This document shows positions 45,101 through 54,735 of a DNA stretch of 64,000 nucleotides, in pieces. The DNA is from Oscillospiraceae bacterium (GTDB lineage: Bacteria; Bacillota; Clostridia; Oscillospirales; SIG627): NCBI GenBank assembly GCA_015065265.1, contig SVQQ01000001.1:5544-69543 (forward strand), in the 5' to 3' direction. The translations under genes and the position numbers were made by a program. Within the stretch, counting starts at the first letter, position 1. Each line of letters begins with the position of its first letter. A model generated the notes under the pieces. The model searched no databases and was not told the DNA's origin. It saw only the letters and a list, made by a program, of their open reading frames with translations.

Positions 45101-46530
45101 AAGGTAGAAAACCTGTCGGTAATTTTTCCGCCACAGTATTTCACCGCACCGATTTCGGTAATACCGCAGGTAAGGGGAGAAAGCCCCGTTGTTTCTATAT
45201 CGAAAATTACGAAGGTATCTTTTTCAAAATTGGCATTAGAGTCACCGTAAACCGCCCTTGCAGTATCGTCAACGAAGTAGGCTTCAAGTCCGTAAATGAC
45301 CTTCATACCCAGTTTTTCCGCCGCAATCATAGCGTCAGGGAACCCTTGAACGTTTCCGTGGTCGGTAATGGCGACAGCACGATGCCCGAAAGCGTGTGCA
45401 GTCTCCACAAGGTCGGCGGGACTCATTACTGCGTCCATTGCCGAAAGAGTGGTGTGAGCGTGGAGTTCAACCCTCTTTTCAGGGGCTGAGTCCATTCTCT
45501 TTTTGTAATCTATTTTATAAACCGACAAAGGCTTTATAACAGTGTCCTTTTCATATTTGTCAAATTCCGTCTGCCCTACAACGTATATGGCAGAGCCCAC
45601 TTTAAGATTTGCCTTTGCTTCATTCCATTTTTCTTTTGCACAGAAAAACTTAACGGAGACAGAAGCGCTGTCGTCGGTAATCTGCACGGTTGCAATAGTC
45701 TTGTCTCCCGAGCGTGTGTCACGACTGTCTATGAAAAACACCTTTCCGCAGAGTGCGACCACTTTTTCGGGGGCTTTCAGGAATACGTCTTTAATTCTGC
45801 ACATATCCCCGTCGTCTTTACGTTTTCTTCCGTAGAAGAGAGTTTTTTCACTTAAATCGAAGTCGAAAAATCCCGAATGCCACAAGGTGTCCGAGTTTTC
45901 TTCTGCTTCCTCTTTTTCCTCTTCACCCTCGTCCATAAGAGAAAAGACCTCTTCCTTCGTTTCTTCTACCTCTTTCTTTTCAGGGGTAGTCAAAACTATC
46001 GACGCCTTCTCACTTTCCAAAACGTAGGAAGCCATATCAAAGGGCGTCTCGTCAGTTATTTCCACCTTGAATACAAGGTCAAATTCACTCTTTACAATGT
46101 CGGAAATTATCCTTGCACACTCCGATTCAGAGGGCAGTTTTCCAAGCCCGCCTGTAAGAGTGAACACAAGACGTCCCTCTTTTATTTCCATTCTTCCCTC
46201 GTCAAAGAAACCGTAGGCAAGAGAGGTGTTCCTCTTAAGTTCCATAATCAGTTCGGAGTAATAACTCTCTGAAAAAGCACTTGATGGATAGTGGGGGAGA
46301 ATAAAGCAAGAAGAAAGGTCGTAAGAGGACATAATATCCCTTTCAATCTCGTAAAGCAAGGACTTTTGTAAAAGTTTTTCTGAAACAATATGTATAACGA
46401 TAGTCCTTTTTTCTTTATTCACTTTAATGGAATAGTTGAAAATTTTATCAAGTAATTCTTTTTTTATACCCTCAGGGTGATACTTTGAAAGTTTATCACT
46501 CAAAGAAACGTTGTTTTTCTCTAAAATCAA
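42169..46530 (-). CDS. polC: DNA polymerase III PolC-type alpha subunit
   Basis: 1453 aa. TTG start 3 nt after the ispG stop, with GAGGA upstream. Contains a PHP domain (ELHAHT), an inserted DEDDh exonuclease (FDIETTG...HNANFD), a Zn-finger (CPECQ...CPKC) and a polymerase core. Confidence 0.95.
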   Translation of the reverse strand: MILEKNNVSLSDKLSKYHPEGIKKELLDKIFNYSIKVNKEKRTIVIHIVSEKLLQKSLLYEIERDIMSSYDLSSCFILPHYPSSAFSESYYSELIMELKRNTSLAYGFFDEGRMEIKEGRLVFTLTGGLGKLPSESECARIISDIVKSEFDLVFKVEITDETPFDMASYVLESEKASIVLTTPEKKEVEETKEEVFSLMDEGEEEKEEAEENSDTLWHSGFFDFDLSEKTLFYGRKRKDDGDMCRIKDVFLKAPEKVVALCGKVFFIDSRDTRSGDKTIATVQITDDSASVSVKFFCAKEKWNEAKANLKVGSAIYVVGQTEFDKYEKDTVIKPLSVYKIDYKKRMDSAPEKRVELHAHTTLSAMDAVMSPADLVETAHAFGHRAVAITDHGNVQGFPDAMIAAEKLGMKVIYGLEAYFVDDTARAVYGDSNANFEKDTFVIFDIETTGLSPLTCGITEIGAVKYCGGKITDRFSTFVNPGMPIPENIVELTGICDDMVKDAPSSKEAIEAFLKFAGDDILVAHNANFDTGFIKKGAEDNGIEFKNPYLDTLALSRHINTDLKKHKLNNLQEYYNLESFNHHRACDDAEMLGKIFECMCQKLKKEGISTISDMLLSMSENTDPKRLRPYHMIILVKNQLGMMNLYRIVSESYLTYFNRQPRIPKTLLERYREGLIIGSACEAGELYQAVLSGKSYGDLMKIASFYDYLEIQPLSNNSFMIENGTVPNAEKLIEINKQIIALGKKVNKPVVATCDAHFLNKQDEIYRRILVSAKFTDADRPNPLYFRTTEEMLSEFDYLDEETLKEVVITNTNLIADMVDDEIRPIPKGTFTPNLEGAEEDLQEMCWKKAKSIYGDPLPEIVYNRLDKELTSIIKNGYAVLYIIAQKLVNYSESQGYLVGSRGSVGSSFVASMASISEVNPLPPHYYCPECQYSEFITDSSVGSGFDLPDKRCPKCNAMLKGDGHDIPFETFLGFYGDKSPDIDLNFSGEVQGRVHKYTEELFGSENVFRAGTLGTLAEKTAYGFVLKYLESKNLTMNKAELNRLANGCVGVKRTTGQHPGGIIVVPRENSIYEFTPVQHPADDPNSDIITTHFAFSYLHDTILKLDELGHDIPTKYKAIERYSNTNIMEVPMNDPEVYKLFRSTEPLGLTPEDVGCPLGTLGLPELSTSFVQQVLVDAKPKNFADLLQVSGLTHGTDVWLGNAEELIKEGVCDISQVIGTRDGIMLDLIGYGLENKLSFDIMEKVRKGKGLTPEYEAAMREKNVPEWYIASCKKIKYMFPKAHAAAYVMSAIRLGWYKIYMPIAFYAGFFTAAPGGFDAGIVMGGRANVVRTIADIRAKGHEATQKETSLIPTLQLANECMARGIEFLPIDLEKSDAFAFLPEGDKIRLPFSTLGGVGDTAAESIYKAMHGKEPILSVEDLRTRSGISKTVIDTLRTYGVLGDLPETNQITMF

Positions 46531-46533
46531 TTT

Positions 46534-47610
46534 TTAATTCCTCATTTTTTCTATTTCTTCTATAAGCACATCAACTATTTTTTCTTCTTCAACTTTTGCT
46601 ATAATTTCACCTTTTTTAAAGAGCAAGGCTTCCCCTTGTCCTCCTGCAATACCGATGTCCGCTTCTCTTGCCTCCCCTGGTCCGTTTACAACGCAACCCA
46701 TAACCGCAACACGAACCTTTCGGTTTTCAATGGGGGGTATGGTTTCAAGAGCGTTTTCCACTCTTTTCGCAATAGACACAAGGTCAATTTTCGTTCTTCC
46801 GCAAGTGGGGCAGGACGTCAGGTCGAAAGAACCTTTTGTGTAAAGTCCAAGAGATGAGAGTATTTCACGACCTGCAATTACCTCTTCCTTTACGTCGTCG
46901 GTAATGGACACTCTTATTGTGTCTCCAATTCCTTCGCTAAGGAGTGTGCCGATACCCACAGAAGACTTTATAAGACTCTTTTTTAAAGTTCCCGCCTCGG
47001 TAACACCAAGGTGTAAGGGATAATCGGTAAGGCTTGAGAGTTTTCTGTAAGCATCAATCATAGTCACAACGTCAGAGGACTTTACTGAAAGCACTATATT
47101 GGAAAAGCCGAATTCTTCAAGGGCGGAAATTTCATTCAGAGCCGACTCCACAAGGGCGTCTGAGGTGGGGGATGAGTACTTTTCAAGTAGCCTTTTTTCA
47201 AGAGAACCGCTGTTTACACCTATCCTTATTGGAATGTTTCTTTCGTGACAGGCTTCCGCCACCGCACGAACTCTCTCCTTGTCACCGATATTTCCGGGAT
47301 TTATTCTGATTTTATCAATTCCAAGTTCGGCGGCACGAAGTGCTATTCTGTAATCGAAATGTATATCGGCAACCAGAGCGCACTGTCTGTTCCCGACTGC
47401 CTTTTTGTAATAGGGAATATTCTCCGCTGACTCTAAATCGGGAAGAGTAAAGCGCACAACGTCGCAACCTAAATCACAAAGTCTTAAAATTTCCCTTGCA
47501 CAAGCCTCACGGTCCCTTGGGTCACAGGTTATCATTGACTGAATGGAAATAGGGGACGCGCCACCTATAACGACAGGCCCTGCAACTACTTTTCTTGTAA
47601 CTTTTCTCAA
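46534..47610 (-). CDS. ispG: 4-hydroxy-3-methylbut-2-enyl diphosphate synthase
   Basis: PISIQSM, RINPGNIG and CPTCGR...MGCVVNGPGE. Confidence 0.95.
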   Translation of the reverse strand: MRKVTRKVVAGPVVIGGASPISIQSMITCDPRDREACAREILRLCDLGCDVVRFTLPDLESAENIPYYKKAVGNRQCALVADIHFDYRIALRAAELGIDKIRINPGNIGDKERVRAVAEACHERNIPIRIGVNSGSLEKRLLEKYSSPTSDALVESALNEISALEEFGFSNIVLSVKSSDVVTMIDAYRKLSSLTDYPLHLGVTEAGTLKKSLIKSSVGIGTLLSEGIGDTIRVSITDDVKEEVIAGREILSSLGLYTKGSFDLTSCPTCGRTKIDLVSIAKRVENALETIPPIENRKVRVAVMGCVVNGPGEAREADIGIAGGQGEALLFKKGEIIAKVEEEKIVDVLIEEIEKMRN

Positions 47611-47622
47611 TCTTTTTTACTC

Positions 47623-48663
47623 CTAAATAAGTTTTAAAACGTCGCTTATAACGATAACTGCCATAAATAAAAGCAGAATTACCATTCCCACAGCGTGTAC
47701 GATACCCTCGTATTTGGGATTTATGGGCTTTCCTCGAATTGCTTCGATAATGACAAAGACAATTCTTCCGCCGTCAAGGGCAGGGAAAGGCATAAGGTTT
47801 ACCACCGCTAAATTCATACTGATGAACACGAATAAATACAGTAGCGCCTGAATACCCATAGAGGCACTTTCCGCAATTACTTCCACAGTGCCCACAGGTC
47901 CCGACACCGCTTCCAGTCCGTATTTACCTGTCAAAAGGTCAATTAAAGAGGAATATATCATTTTAACCGTTGAAAAGGACTGGTAGAAAGCCTGACTTAC
48001 AAGAGACTTGAAACTGCGCTTTATATACCTTGGCAAAAAGTCAACCACACCGCAGTTGAGTCCTTCAACGATTTCGGTTTTGAACTGTACGTCTTCAAAG
48101 GTGATTTCCTCGCCGTCACGGAGAACTACCACGTCGAGAGGTTTTGTTCCGTCGGACATTATCTTGTAGGATATGTCCTGCCACACGTTCATCTTTTCTC
48201 CGTCAATTTCAATGATTTTATCCATATCCTGCGCCCCGTACTCATAAAGGACAGAATCGGAAAGGGAAGAATAGCCCTCAACGTCTGCAATATAAGTTGA
48301 CGGATAGTAGGGGGAGGACGAGAGGAGTATAAACATCGCCACAACAGCGGTGACAATATTCATAAAAGACCCTGCAAAGAGCACGATAAATCTCTGCCAC
48401 CAAGGTTTTTTTGAAAGGGAGTTTTCACTGTCTACGTCTTCGTCTTCACCTACGAGACTTACAAATCCACCTATGGGAAGTGCCCTTATGGAATAGACGG
48501 TACCTGACTTCTTACTCTTCTTTGAAATGAGTTTCGGGCCCATACCAATAGAGAACTCATTTACACCCACCTTGAAGGTTCGTGCAGTAATAAAATGACC
48601 GAACTCGTGGGCAAGTATCATAAATCCGAAAAAGAGAAGAGCAAGTAGTATTTTCCAGACCAT
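47623..48663 (-). CDS. rseP: RIP site-2 metalloprotease RseP/RasP
   Basis: The HEFGHF zinc motif lies in the first TM segment. There is a central PDZ-like region, and NLMPFPALDGG lies near the C-terminus. Confidence 0.9.
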   Translation of the reverse strand: MVWKILLALLFFGFMILAHEFGHFITARTFKVGVNEFSIGMGPKLISKKSKKSGTVYSIRALPIGGFVSLVGEDEDVDSENSLSKKPWWQRFIVLFAGSFMNIVTAVVAMFILLSSSPYYPSTYIADVEGYSSLSDSVLYEYGAQDMDKIIEIDGEKMNVWQDISYKIMSDGTKPLDVVVLRDGEEITFEDVQFKTEIVEGLNCGVVDFLPRYIKRSFKSLVSQAFYQSFSTVKMIYSSLIDLLTGKYGLEAVSGPVGTVEVIAESASMGIQALLYLFVFISMNLAVVNLMPFPALDGGRIVFVIIEAIRGKPINPKYEGIVHAVGMVILLLFMAVIVISDVLKLI

Positions 48664-48693
48664 TATTATCCTCCGTTAAAATTTAAGCAAGTT

Positions 48694-49851
48694 TTAAAAT
48701 AGTTTATGCATTCTTTTTCTGACATATTCTCTTGCAAGTCTGTCGTCTTCTTCAAGACTTTCAAGCGTTATGTTTTCTCTGAAAGGAAGAGCCACAACCG
48801 CCTCTTCCACAACGTCGAATATGTCGATAAATCTGATTTTTTCTTGTAGAAACAGTTTAACCGCCTCTTCGTTTGCGCTATTCATTATAGCGGGTGCATT
48901 ACCCCCTTTTTTCACACAACGCCTTGCCAGCGAGAGAAGGGAAAAGGTGTCTTCGTCGGGACAGTCAAAGGTAAGGGAAAAGGACTTTGTAAAATCGAGT
49001 TTTTCACAAAGGGTTTCTTTTCTTTCAGGGTAATTTAAGGCAAAGGAAATACAATGCTTCATATCGGGGTGCCCCATTTGTGCAAGAATTGACCCGTCGC
49101 AAAATTCCACCATAGAATGAACGATACTCTGTCGGTGAACGGTGACGTCTATTCTGTCCTCGGGAACCCCGAAAAGACGGACCGCCTCGATTACTTCAAG
49201 ACCCTTATTCATAAGAGTGGCAGAGTCAACGGTTATCTTCGCACCCATAGACCAGGTAGGGTGACTCAGGGCATCTTTTAGAGTAACTTTTTCAAGGTCC
49301 TGTCTTGTCTTATTGAAGAAAGGTCCGCCTGATGCGGTGATTATAAGCCTTTTTATAAAGTCGGGGGAATTGTGACTTGTGTCAAGGCATTGGAAAATCG
49401 CCGAATGTTCGCTGTCAACGGGAAGTAGTTTTACCCCGTTTTCTTTTACCGCGCGAAGTATAATGTCACCTGCCGCCACCAAAGGCTCTTTGTTTGCCAT
49501 AGCGATATCTTTTTTTGTCTTTATGGCTTCAAGGGTAGGTGCAATTCCACACTTTCCCATAAGGGAATTTAAGAGAATATCCCCATCACTTTCACGGGCA
49601 ACGATACTTGGCGCATCCTCACCGATAATTACCTTTGTGTCGGTGTCTGAAACGCGGGATTTCAATTCTTTTCCCGCACTTTCGTCAACTACCGCGCAAA
49701 GTGAAGGCTTGAATTCACGTATCTGACTTTCGAGAAGCTTGATATTTTGTTTTGCGCCGATAGCGCAAATTTTTATATTCTGTTCACGGGCAACTTCAAT
49801 AGTCTGTTTGCCTATTGACCCTGTTGACCCAAGTAACGTGATTTTTTTCAT
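48694..49851 (-). CDS. dxr: 1-deoxy-D-xylulose 5-phosphate reductoisomerase
   Basis: LLGSTGSIGKQT, LPVDSEHSAIFQC and HPTWSMG.KITVDSAT. Confidence 0.95.
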   Translation of the reverse strand: MKKITLLGSTGSIGKQTIEVAREQNIKICAIGAKQNIKLLESQIREFKPSLCAVVDESAGKELKSRVSDTDTKVIIGEDAPSIVARESDGDILLNSLMGKCGIAPTLEAIKTKKDIAMANKEPLVAAGDIILRAVKENGVKLLPVDSEHSAIFQCLDTSHNSPDFIKRLIITASGGPFFNKTRQDLEKVTLKDALSHPTWSMGAKITVDSATLMNKGLEVIEAVRLFGVPEDRIDVTVHRQSIVHSMVEFCDGSILAQMGHPDMKHCISFALNYPERKETLCEKLDFTKSFSLTFDCPDEDTFSLLSLARRCVKKGGNAPAIMNSANEEAVKLFLQEKIRFIDIFDVVEEAVVALPFRENITLESLEEDDRLAREYVRKRMHKLF

Positions 49852-49863
49852 AACAGTCCTTTT

Positions 49864-50688
49864 TTAGAAGTTAATAAAAAGAGTTGTGATATACAAAAAT
49901 GCAGATACTGCAAGAATACTGTCGAATCTGTCAAGTACACCGCCGTGACCTGGGAATAAGTTTCCGTAGTCCTTTATTCCGTAGCATCTCTTCACAAGGG
50001 AGGCGGCAAGGTCACCGAACTGGGATACCACACTTGTAACAAGTCCGATAACTGCGAAAATCAGGGCAGTCTTTATATCCTTTGCCATAAAGTATGCGTA
50101 GATAGCAAAGGTGATAGTTGTAACAAGAGAACCGCCGACGGCACCTTCCACAGTCTTCTTGGGACTGACTGCGGGAATGAGTTTGTGCTTCCCGAAAAAG
50201 TAGCCTGAAAAATATGCAAAGGTATCAGTCACCCAAGCGCCGATAAAGATGAGAGGGAAGAACTTAATTTCGGTAACGTAGAGTACCGTCATCGCCCCAA
50301 AGGAACTTGTCACGTAAAAGGTGAGTGCTAAAAGAACCAGCGCCTTATCCGACGTGACACTTTTGTTCTTTATTACCGCAACAAACAGCATATAAAACAA
50401 AAGGAACATAAAAACGGGAGTGTAAAAGCCCATATCCCCGTACGTCAATAGCGGAAGAATAAAAGAGACAAGGTAAATGGGGAAGAAAGATAAAGTCTTA
50501 ACTTCACCCACGCACTTTGCGCTCTCGTATACACCCACAAGGGAAAGGAGAGCAAAGGCAAGGTTTATAAGCCTTATATTAAAGTTTCCCACTTCAATAA
50601 GAGTAGTATTTGCAAAAATTAAAACGGGTATGAATATCAAAAGCGCCACAACGGCGGTAATAATTCTTGTTTTCATAAAATTCTCCAT
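49864..50688 (-). CDS. cdsA: phosphatidate cytidylyltransferase
   Basis: Polytopic membrane protein with the C-terminal signature KRCYGIKDYGNLFPGHGGVLDRFDS. Confidence 0.9.
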   Translation of the reverse strand: MENFMKTRIITAVVALLIFIPVLIFANTTLIEVGNFNIRLINLAFALLSLVGVYESAKCVGEVKTLSFFPIYLVSFILPLLTYGDMGFYTPVFMFLLFYMLFVAVIKNKSVTSDKALVLLALTFYVTSSFGAMTVLYVTEIKFFPLIFIGAWVTDTFAYFSGYFFGKHKLIPAVSPKKTVEGAVGGSLVTTITFAIYAYFMAKDIKTALIFAVIGLVTSVVSQFGDLAASLVKRCYGIKDYGNLFPGHGGVLDRFDSILAVSAFLYITTLFINF

Positions 50689-51423
50689 TTATTTGCTTTT
50701 TATATCCCCAAATCTTCTCTGTCTTGACACAAAGAAAGATATAGCCTCGTCAACGTCCTTTTTGGTCATATCGGGCCAAAGAGTTTTCATAAAATACAGT
50801 TCCGAATATGTAGATTGCCAGGTTAAAAAGTTTGAAAGACGCCACTCGCCACCCGTTCTGACAATCAGGTCAGGGTCAGGGCAGGAAAGGGTATAAAGGT
50901 GAGAAGAAATGTCCTCTTCGGTCACCTCGGTTTTTCCCTCTTTTATCAGAGTGTTCACCGCGTGTAAAATATCGTCTCTGCCACCGTAGTTTATCGCAAC
51001 GTTCAAGGTGTAAGTAAAGTCCTTCGTCTTTTCTGTAATCTCACTCATAAGGCTCTGAATTTCAGGTGAGAAACGTGCAGGGTCCCCTAAGAAACGAATT
51101 CTGAGTTTTTTGTCTTTGTCGCCGAGGAGTCCCTCGTTTAAAAAGTCAACGAAAAGTTTCATAATTCCGTCAACTTCGCTTTGAGGACGTTTCCAGTTTT
51201 CAGTAGAAAAAGCATAGACGGTGACAAAGCGTATATCAAGGTCAATGCAGTAGTCTACAACTCTGCGAAATGCCTCGGCACCAGCCTTGTGTCCCATTTC
51301 ACGAGGTAACCCTCTCGCATTTGCCCACCGCCCGTTACCGTCCATTATAAAGGCAATATGTCGAAGCGGCGGGTTTGAGCCGCCGCTTATTTCTTTTTTC
51401 TTTAAAAATGAAAGAAATTTCAT
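50689..51423 (-). CDS. uppS: isoprenyl transferase (undecaprenyl diphosphate synthase)
   Basis: HIAFIMDGNGRWA, FSTENWKRP and RTGGEWRLSNFL. Confidence 0.95.
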   Translation of the reverse strand: MKFLSFLKKKEISGGSNPPLRHIAFIMDGNGRWANARGLPREMGHKAGAEAFRRVVDYCIDLDIRFVTVYAFSTENWKRPQSEVDGIMKLFVDFLNEGLLGDKDKKLRIRFLGDPARFSPEIQSLMSEITEKTKDFTYTLNVAINYGGRDDILHAVNTLIKEGKTEVTEEDISSHLYTLSCPDPDLIVRTGGEWRLSNFLTWQSTYSELYFMKTLWPDMTKKDVDEAISFFVSRQRRFGDIKSK

Positions 51424-51986
51424 TATATTTCCATAACCTCGCGAGTCTTCGCAGCCACAAGTGCGTCAATATTCTTAATGTACTTGTCGGTAAGGTCCTG
51501 AGCGTCTTTTTCACCCGACTTTACGTCGTCTTCGGTAAGGCCTCCCGCCTTCTTTTCGTTTTTAAGGAAGTCGTTTGCTTCTCTGCGGATATTACGGATA
51601 GCAACCTTCGCATCTTCGCCGCACTTTGCGACCTGCTTTGAAACCTCTTTTCTTCTTTCCTCTGTAAGAGAGGGGAAGGTGAGACGGATTACTTTACCGT
51701 CGTTCTGAGGATTGATACCAAGGTCGGAAGCAAGAATTGACTTTTCAATTTCCTTGACTGTGGACGCGTCCCAAGGAGTAATTACAAGAGTTCTCGCGTC
51801 AGTTGTGGAAATAGCCGCAATCTGATTTATGGGAGTGGGAGAACCGTAGTAGTCAACTGTGATTTTATCAAGAACAGCCGCACTTGCTCTGCCAACTCTT
51901 ATACTTTTAAGTTCACTTTCGAGAGATGAACAGGACTTTTGCATTTTTGTTTCAAATTCATTAAGATTAACTTTCATTGTATTCAA
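51423..51986 (-). CDS. frr: ribosome recycling factor
   Basis: 187 aa. RVGRASAAVLD...V.YYG..TP and LTEERRKE blocks. Confidence 0.95.
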   Translation of the reverse strand: MNTMKVNLNEFETKMQKSCSSLESELKSIRVGRASAAVLDKITVDYYGSPTPINQIAAISTTDARTLVITPWDASTVKEIEKSILASDLGINPQNDGKVIRLTFPSLTEERRKEVSKQVAKCGEDAKVAIRNIRREANDFLKNEKKAGGLTEDDVKSGEKDAQDLTDKYIKNIDALVAAKTREVMEI

Positions 51987-52000
51987 ATTCCTTTCGGTTA

Positions 52001-52765
52001 TTAGTTTAATTTTTCAACGACGGTACCTGTAGTTCCGCCGACAATGGCTTTTGTTATGTTCTCGGGGTCGTCAAGACCAAATAGTAAGAGAGGCATATTG
52101 TTTTCCATAGCATAGGCAGTGGCAGTCTGGTCGATAACTTTAAGTCCACGAGCCAGAATTTCACTGTAATCTATTCTTTCTATTCTCTTGGCTGTGGGGT
52201 CAAGTCTGGGGTCTGCGGTGTATATTGCATCAATGTTCTTTGCAAGCATTACCACGTCCGCATCAATCTCCACACCTCTGAGTACCGAAGTAGTGTCGGT
52301 GGTCATATGGGAAATACCTGTTCCCCCTGCGAAGATTACCACCTTTTTCTTATTCAGATATCCTACTGCCTTGGCAGTTATGTAAGGCTCTGCGAACTGG
52401 GGCATCTCAACAGATGACATTACTCTGGTACAAACGCCCATATGTTCGAGAGTTTCGGAAAGTGCAATAGAGTTAATTACCGTTGCAAGCATTCCCATAT
52501 GGTCTGCTCGTGTTCGGTCAAATCCCTCACCAAGTTTTCCGCCTCGCCAGATGTTTCCGCCACCGAAAACAATACCGACTTCAACGCCCATATCGGAAAC
52601 TTTTTTAATTTCTTTTGAAATTCTATCAAGTTTCTTTCTGTCAATTATAGGAAGACTCTTTACTACCTTTTCACCCTTTTCGTTAGTGGTGTATTCGGCA
52701 ATATCTGTACCAAGTACCGCTTCTCCCGACAGTTTTATCAGAACTCTTTTGTATTTTGTGTCCAT
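52001..52765 (-). CDS. pyrH: UMP kinase
   Basis: YKRVLIKLSGEA, VFGGGNIWRG and the conserved order pyrH-frr-uppS-cdsA. Confidence 0.9.
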   Translation of the reverse strand: MDTKYKRVLIKLSGEAVLGTDIAEYTTNEKGEKVVKSLPIIDRKKLDRISKEIKKVSDMGVEVGIVFGGGNIWRGGKLGEGFDRTRADHMGMLATVINSIALSETLEHMGVCTRVMSSVEMPQFAEPYITAKAVGYLNKKKVVIFAGGTGISHMTTDTTSVLRGVEIDADVVMLAKNIDAIYTADPRLDPTAKRIERIDYSEILARGLKVIDQTATAYAMENNMPLLLFGLDDPENITKAIVGGTTGTVVEKLN

Positions 52766-52804
52766 CTTTTTAGCCTCGCATTTTCTACGATTTGTCTTCT
52801 ATTT

Positions 52805-52833
52805 ATTTTAACCTAAATTTACTAATTTGTAAA
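52805..52833 (-). promoter_or_regulatory. sigma-A promoter of the pyrH block
   Basis: On the minus strand: TTTACA (52828-52833), a 17-nt spacer, then TAAAAT (52805-52810). Confidence 0.55.
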
Positions 52834-52861
52834 GTGAAAAATATAAATATAGTAGAAAATT

Positions 52862-54694
52862 TTAGACTATTACAAAATTTTCTTTTTCTATTATAAGGTT
52901 TAACACCTTTTTCCTCTTTTTTGAAAGGTTTATACCCACCGTCACTTTGTCGATTTTAAAACTTCTTTCATATACCACACAGTCAGAGTCAACGTATAGA
53001 AACTTAAAGTCCCCCTCTTTTAGTGCAGGATGTTCTTTTCTTAACTTTCCAAGGTATCTGAAATGCTCCAAAAGGTCACTCTCATCATTTTTCCAGTCGA
53101 AAGGCATTCTGCAAAAGGGGTCGTGATAACCTTCAATCCCTATTTCATCACCGTAATAAAGAGAGGGTACACCAAAGAGAGTAAACTGAATTAAAGACGC
53201 CATCTTCAGTTTTTTTATCGCCTTTATCCTCTCTTCTTTTGTCAGTCTTTTCTTTGAAAGAGTGTCGTTATCTTCTCCTTTTCCCTCATTTTCATCTCCG
53301 AAAACTGTGGTAACCCGTACAGTATCGTGAGTGGAAATTACGTTCATTAAAGAGTGCAGAACTTCTTTCGGGTAAGAGGAGTAAAGTTCTGTCACTTTGT
53401 TATAGAAAAACTTTGTGTCCCCATATTTTAAAAGGGCAATTATCCCATCTCTTAAAGGATAGTTCATCACACTGTCAAGCCTTCCGCCCCAGAAATAGCG
53501 TCGCCTTTCAGAGTAAGACTTTTTTGTTACCGCGTTTTCCCACACTTCACCTATAATCACCGCATCTTTTACATCTTTTACACTCTTATAAAATTCACAA
53601 AGAAAGGTGTCCGTCAGTTCGTCCGCCACGTCAAGTCGCCAACCGTCAGCCCCTTTTTCTATCCACCTTCTGCCAATTCCGCTTTCCCCTGTAAAATATT
53701 TTCGGCAGTCTTCGTTTTCGTGATTAAGGCGGGGAAGAATATCAATTCCCCACCAACTTTCATAACTTTCTGGATAGGAATAAAAGTTATACCAGTCATA
53801 GTACCGTGACTCCTTTTTTAAATACGCCCCCTCGTCACCGTAACTTCCCCATTTATTGAAGTATCGGCTATTGTCCCCCGTGTGATTGAACACTCCGTCA
53901 AGGATTATTTTTATATCCTTTTCGTGAGCCTTTTTTATAAGGGTCACGAAGGCTTTTTCACCGCCCAAAAGAGAGTCTATTTTCTCATAGTCCGAGGTAT
54001 CGTACCTGTGATTAGTCTTAGCCTCAAAAATAGGGGAGAGGTAAAGAACTGTCACACCAAGGGATTTCAGATAGTCGAGTTTTTCTATAACTCCCCACAA
54101 ATTTCCACCGAAAAAGACGTCGTTTTTTAAAGGGTCACCCACCTTTTTTGCAAACTGCGGAATACCTCTTTCCCAGTCTTCGTTGATACTTCCAACGTGA
54201 AGTTCCGCCTTCCCCTCACCTCTGAAAAACCTGTCGAGGAAGACGTGATATATAACCCCACCCTTAAACCAATGAGGCGTTTTTAGGTCAGGGTCATGCA
54301 GTAGCAGATGGAACTTTTTGTCGCTTTTTCTTTCAAGGGTAAAGTCAAGGTTGTTACAGGTGCTTGAAAATAGGGTATCTCGCCCCCTTAAAAAAATGAG
54401 TTCATAAAAGTATAAACCCACCTCATTTTCCCTTGTGTCAAGGGTTAATGTGTATAGGTCCAAACTTAAAGAACTATCACAAAAGAGGAAAGGGAAGTCC
54501 GACGTCTCACTCCCGTCCCTTTCCATCCTTAACACAACACCGCTTACACCAAGCAGTCGTGGAACAAACGCCTCAAAAACTATTTTTTCACCTTGCCCGA
54601 AAGCACCAAAAGGGGTAACGTCCTTTTTATCAATGTACTTTTTTAAGGTGACCTTTACTCCTTTTTCTATGTTTTTTGAGTTTTTTATAAGCAC
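52862..54694 (-). CDS. GH13 alpha-glucan hydrolase (neopullulanase / maltogenic-amylase-like)
   Basis: GH13 regions DGVFNHTG, GWRLDVADE, IGEVWE and VISTHD. The protein is cytoplasmic (no signal peptide) and ends the glg block. Confidence 0.8.
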   Translation of the reverse strand: MLIKNSKNIEKGVKVTLKKYIDKKDVTPFGAFGQGEKIVFEAFVPRLLGVSGVVLRMERDGSETSDFPFLFCDSSLSLDLYTLTLDTRENEVGLYFYELIFLRGRDTLFSSTCNNLDFTLERKSDKKFHLLLHDPDLKTPHWFKGGVIYHVFLDRFFRGEGKAELHVGSINEDWERGIPQFAKKVGDPLKNDVFFGGNLWGVIEKLDYLKSLGVTVLYLSPIFEAKTNHRYDTSDYEKIDSLLGGEKAFVTLIKKAHEKDIKIILDGVFNHTGDNSRYFNKWGSYGDEGAYLKKESRYYDWYNFYSYPESYESWWGIDILPRLNHENEDCRKYFTGESGIGRRWIEKGADGWRLDVADELTDTFLCEFYKSVKDVKDAVIIGEVWENAVTKKSYSERRRYFWGGRLDSVMNYPLRDGIIALLKYGDTKFFYNKVTELYSSYPKEVLHSLMNVISTHDTVRVTTVFGDENEGKGEDNDTLSKKRLTKEERIKAIKKLKMASLIQFTLFGVPSLYYGDEIGIEGYHDPFCRMPFDWKNDESDLLEHFRYLGKLRKEHPALKEGDFKFLYVDSDCVVYERSFKIDKVTVGINLSKKRKKVLNLIIEKENFVIV

Positions 54695-54735
54695 TTTATA
54701 TGACTTCGAGGGGGAACAAATCCCCCTCGTCCTCT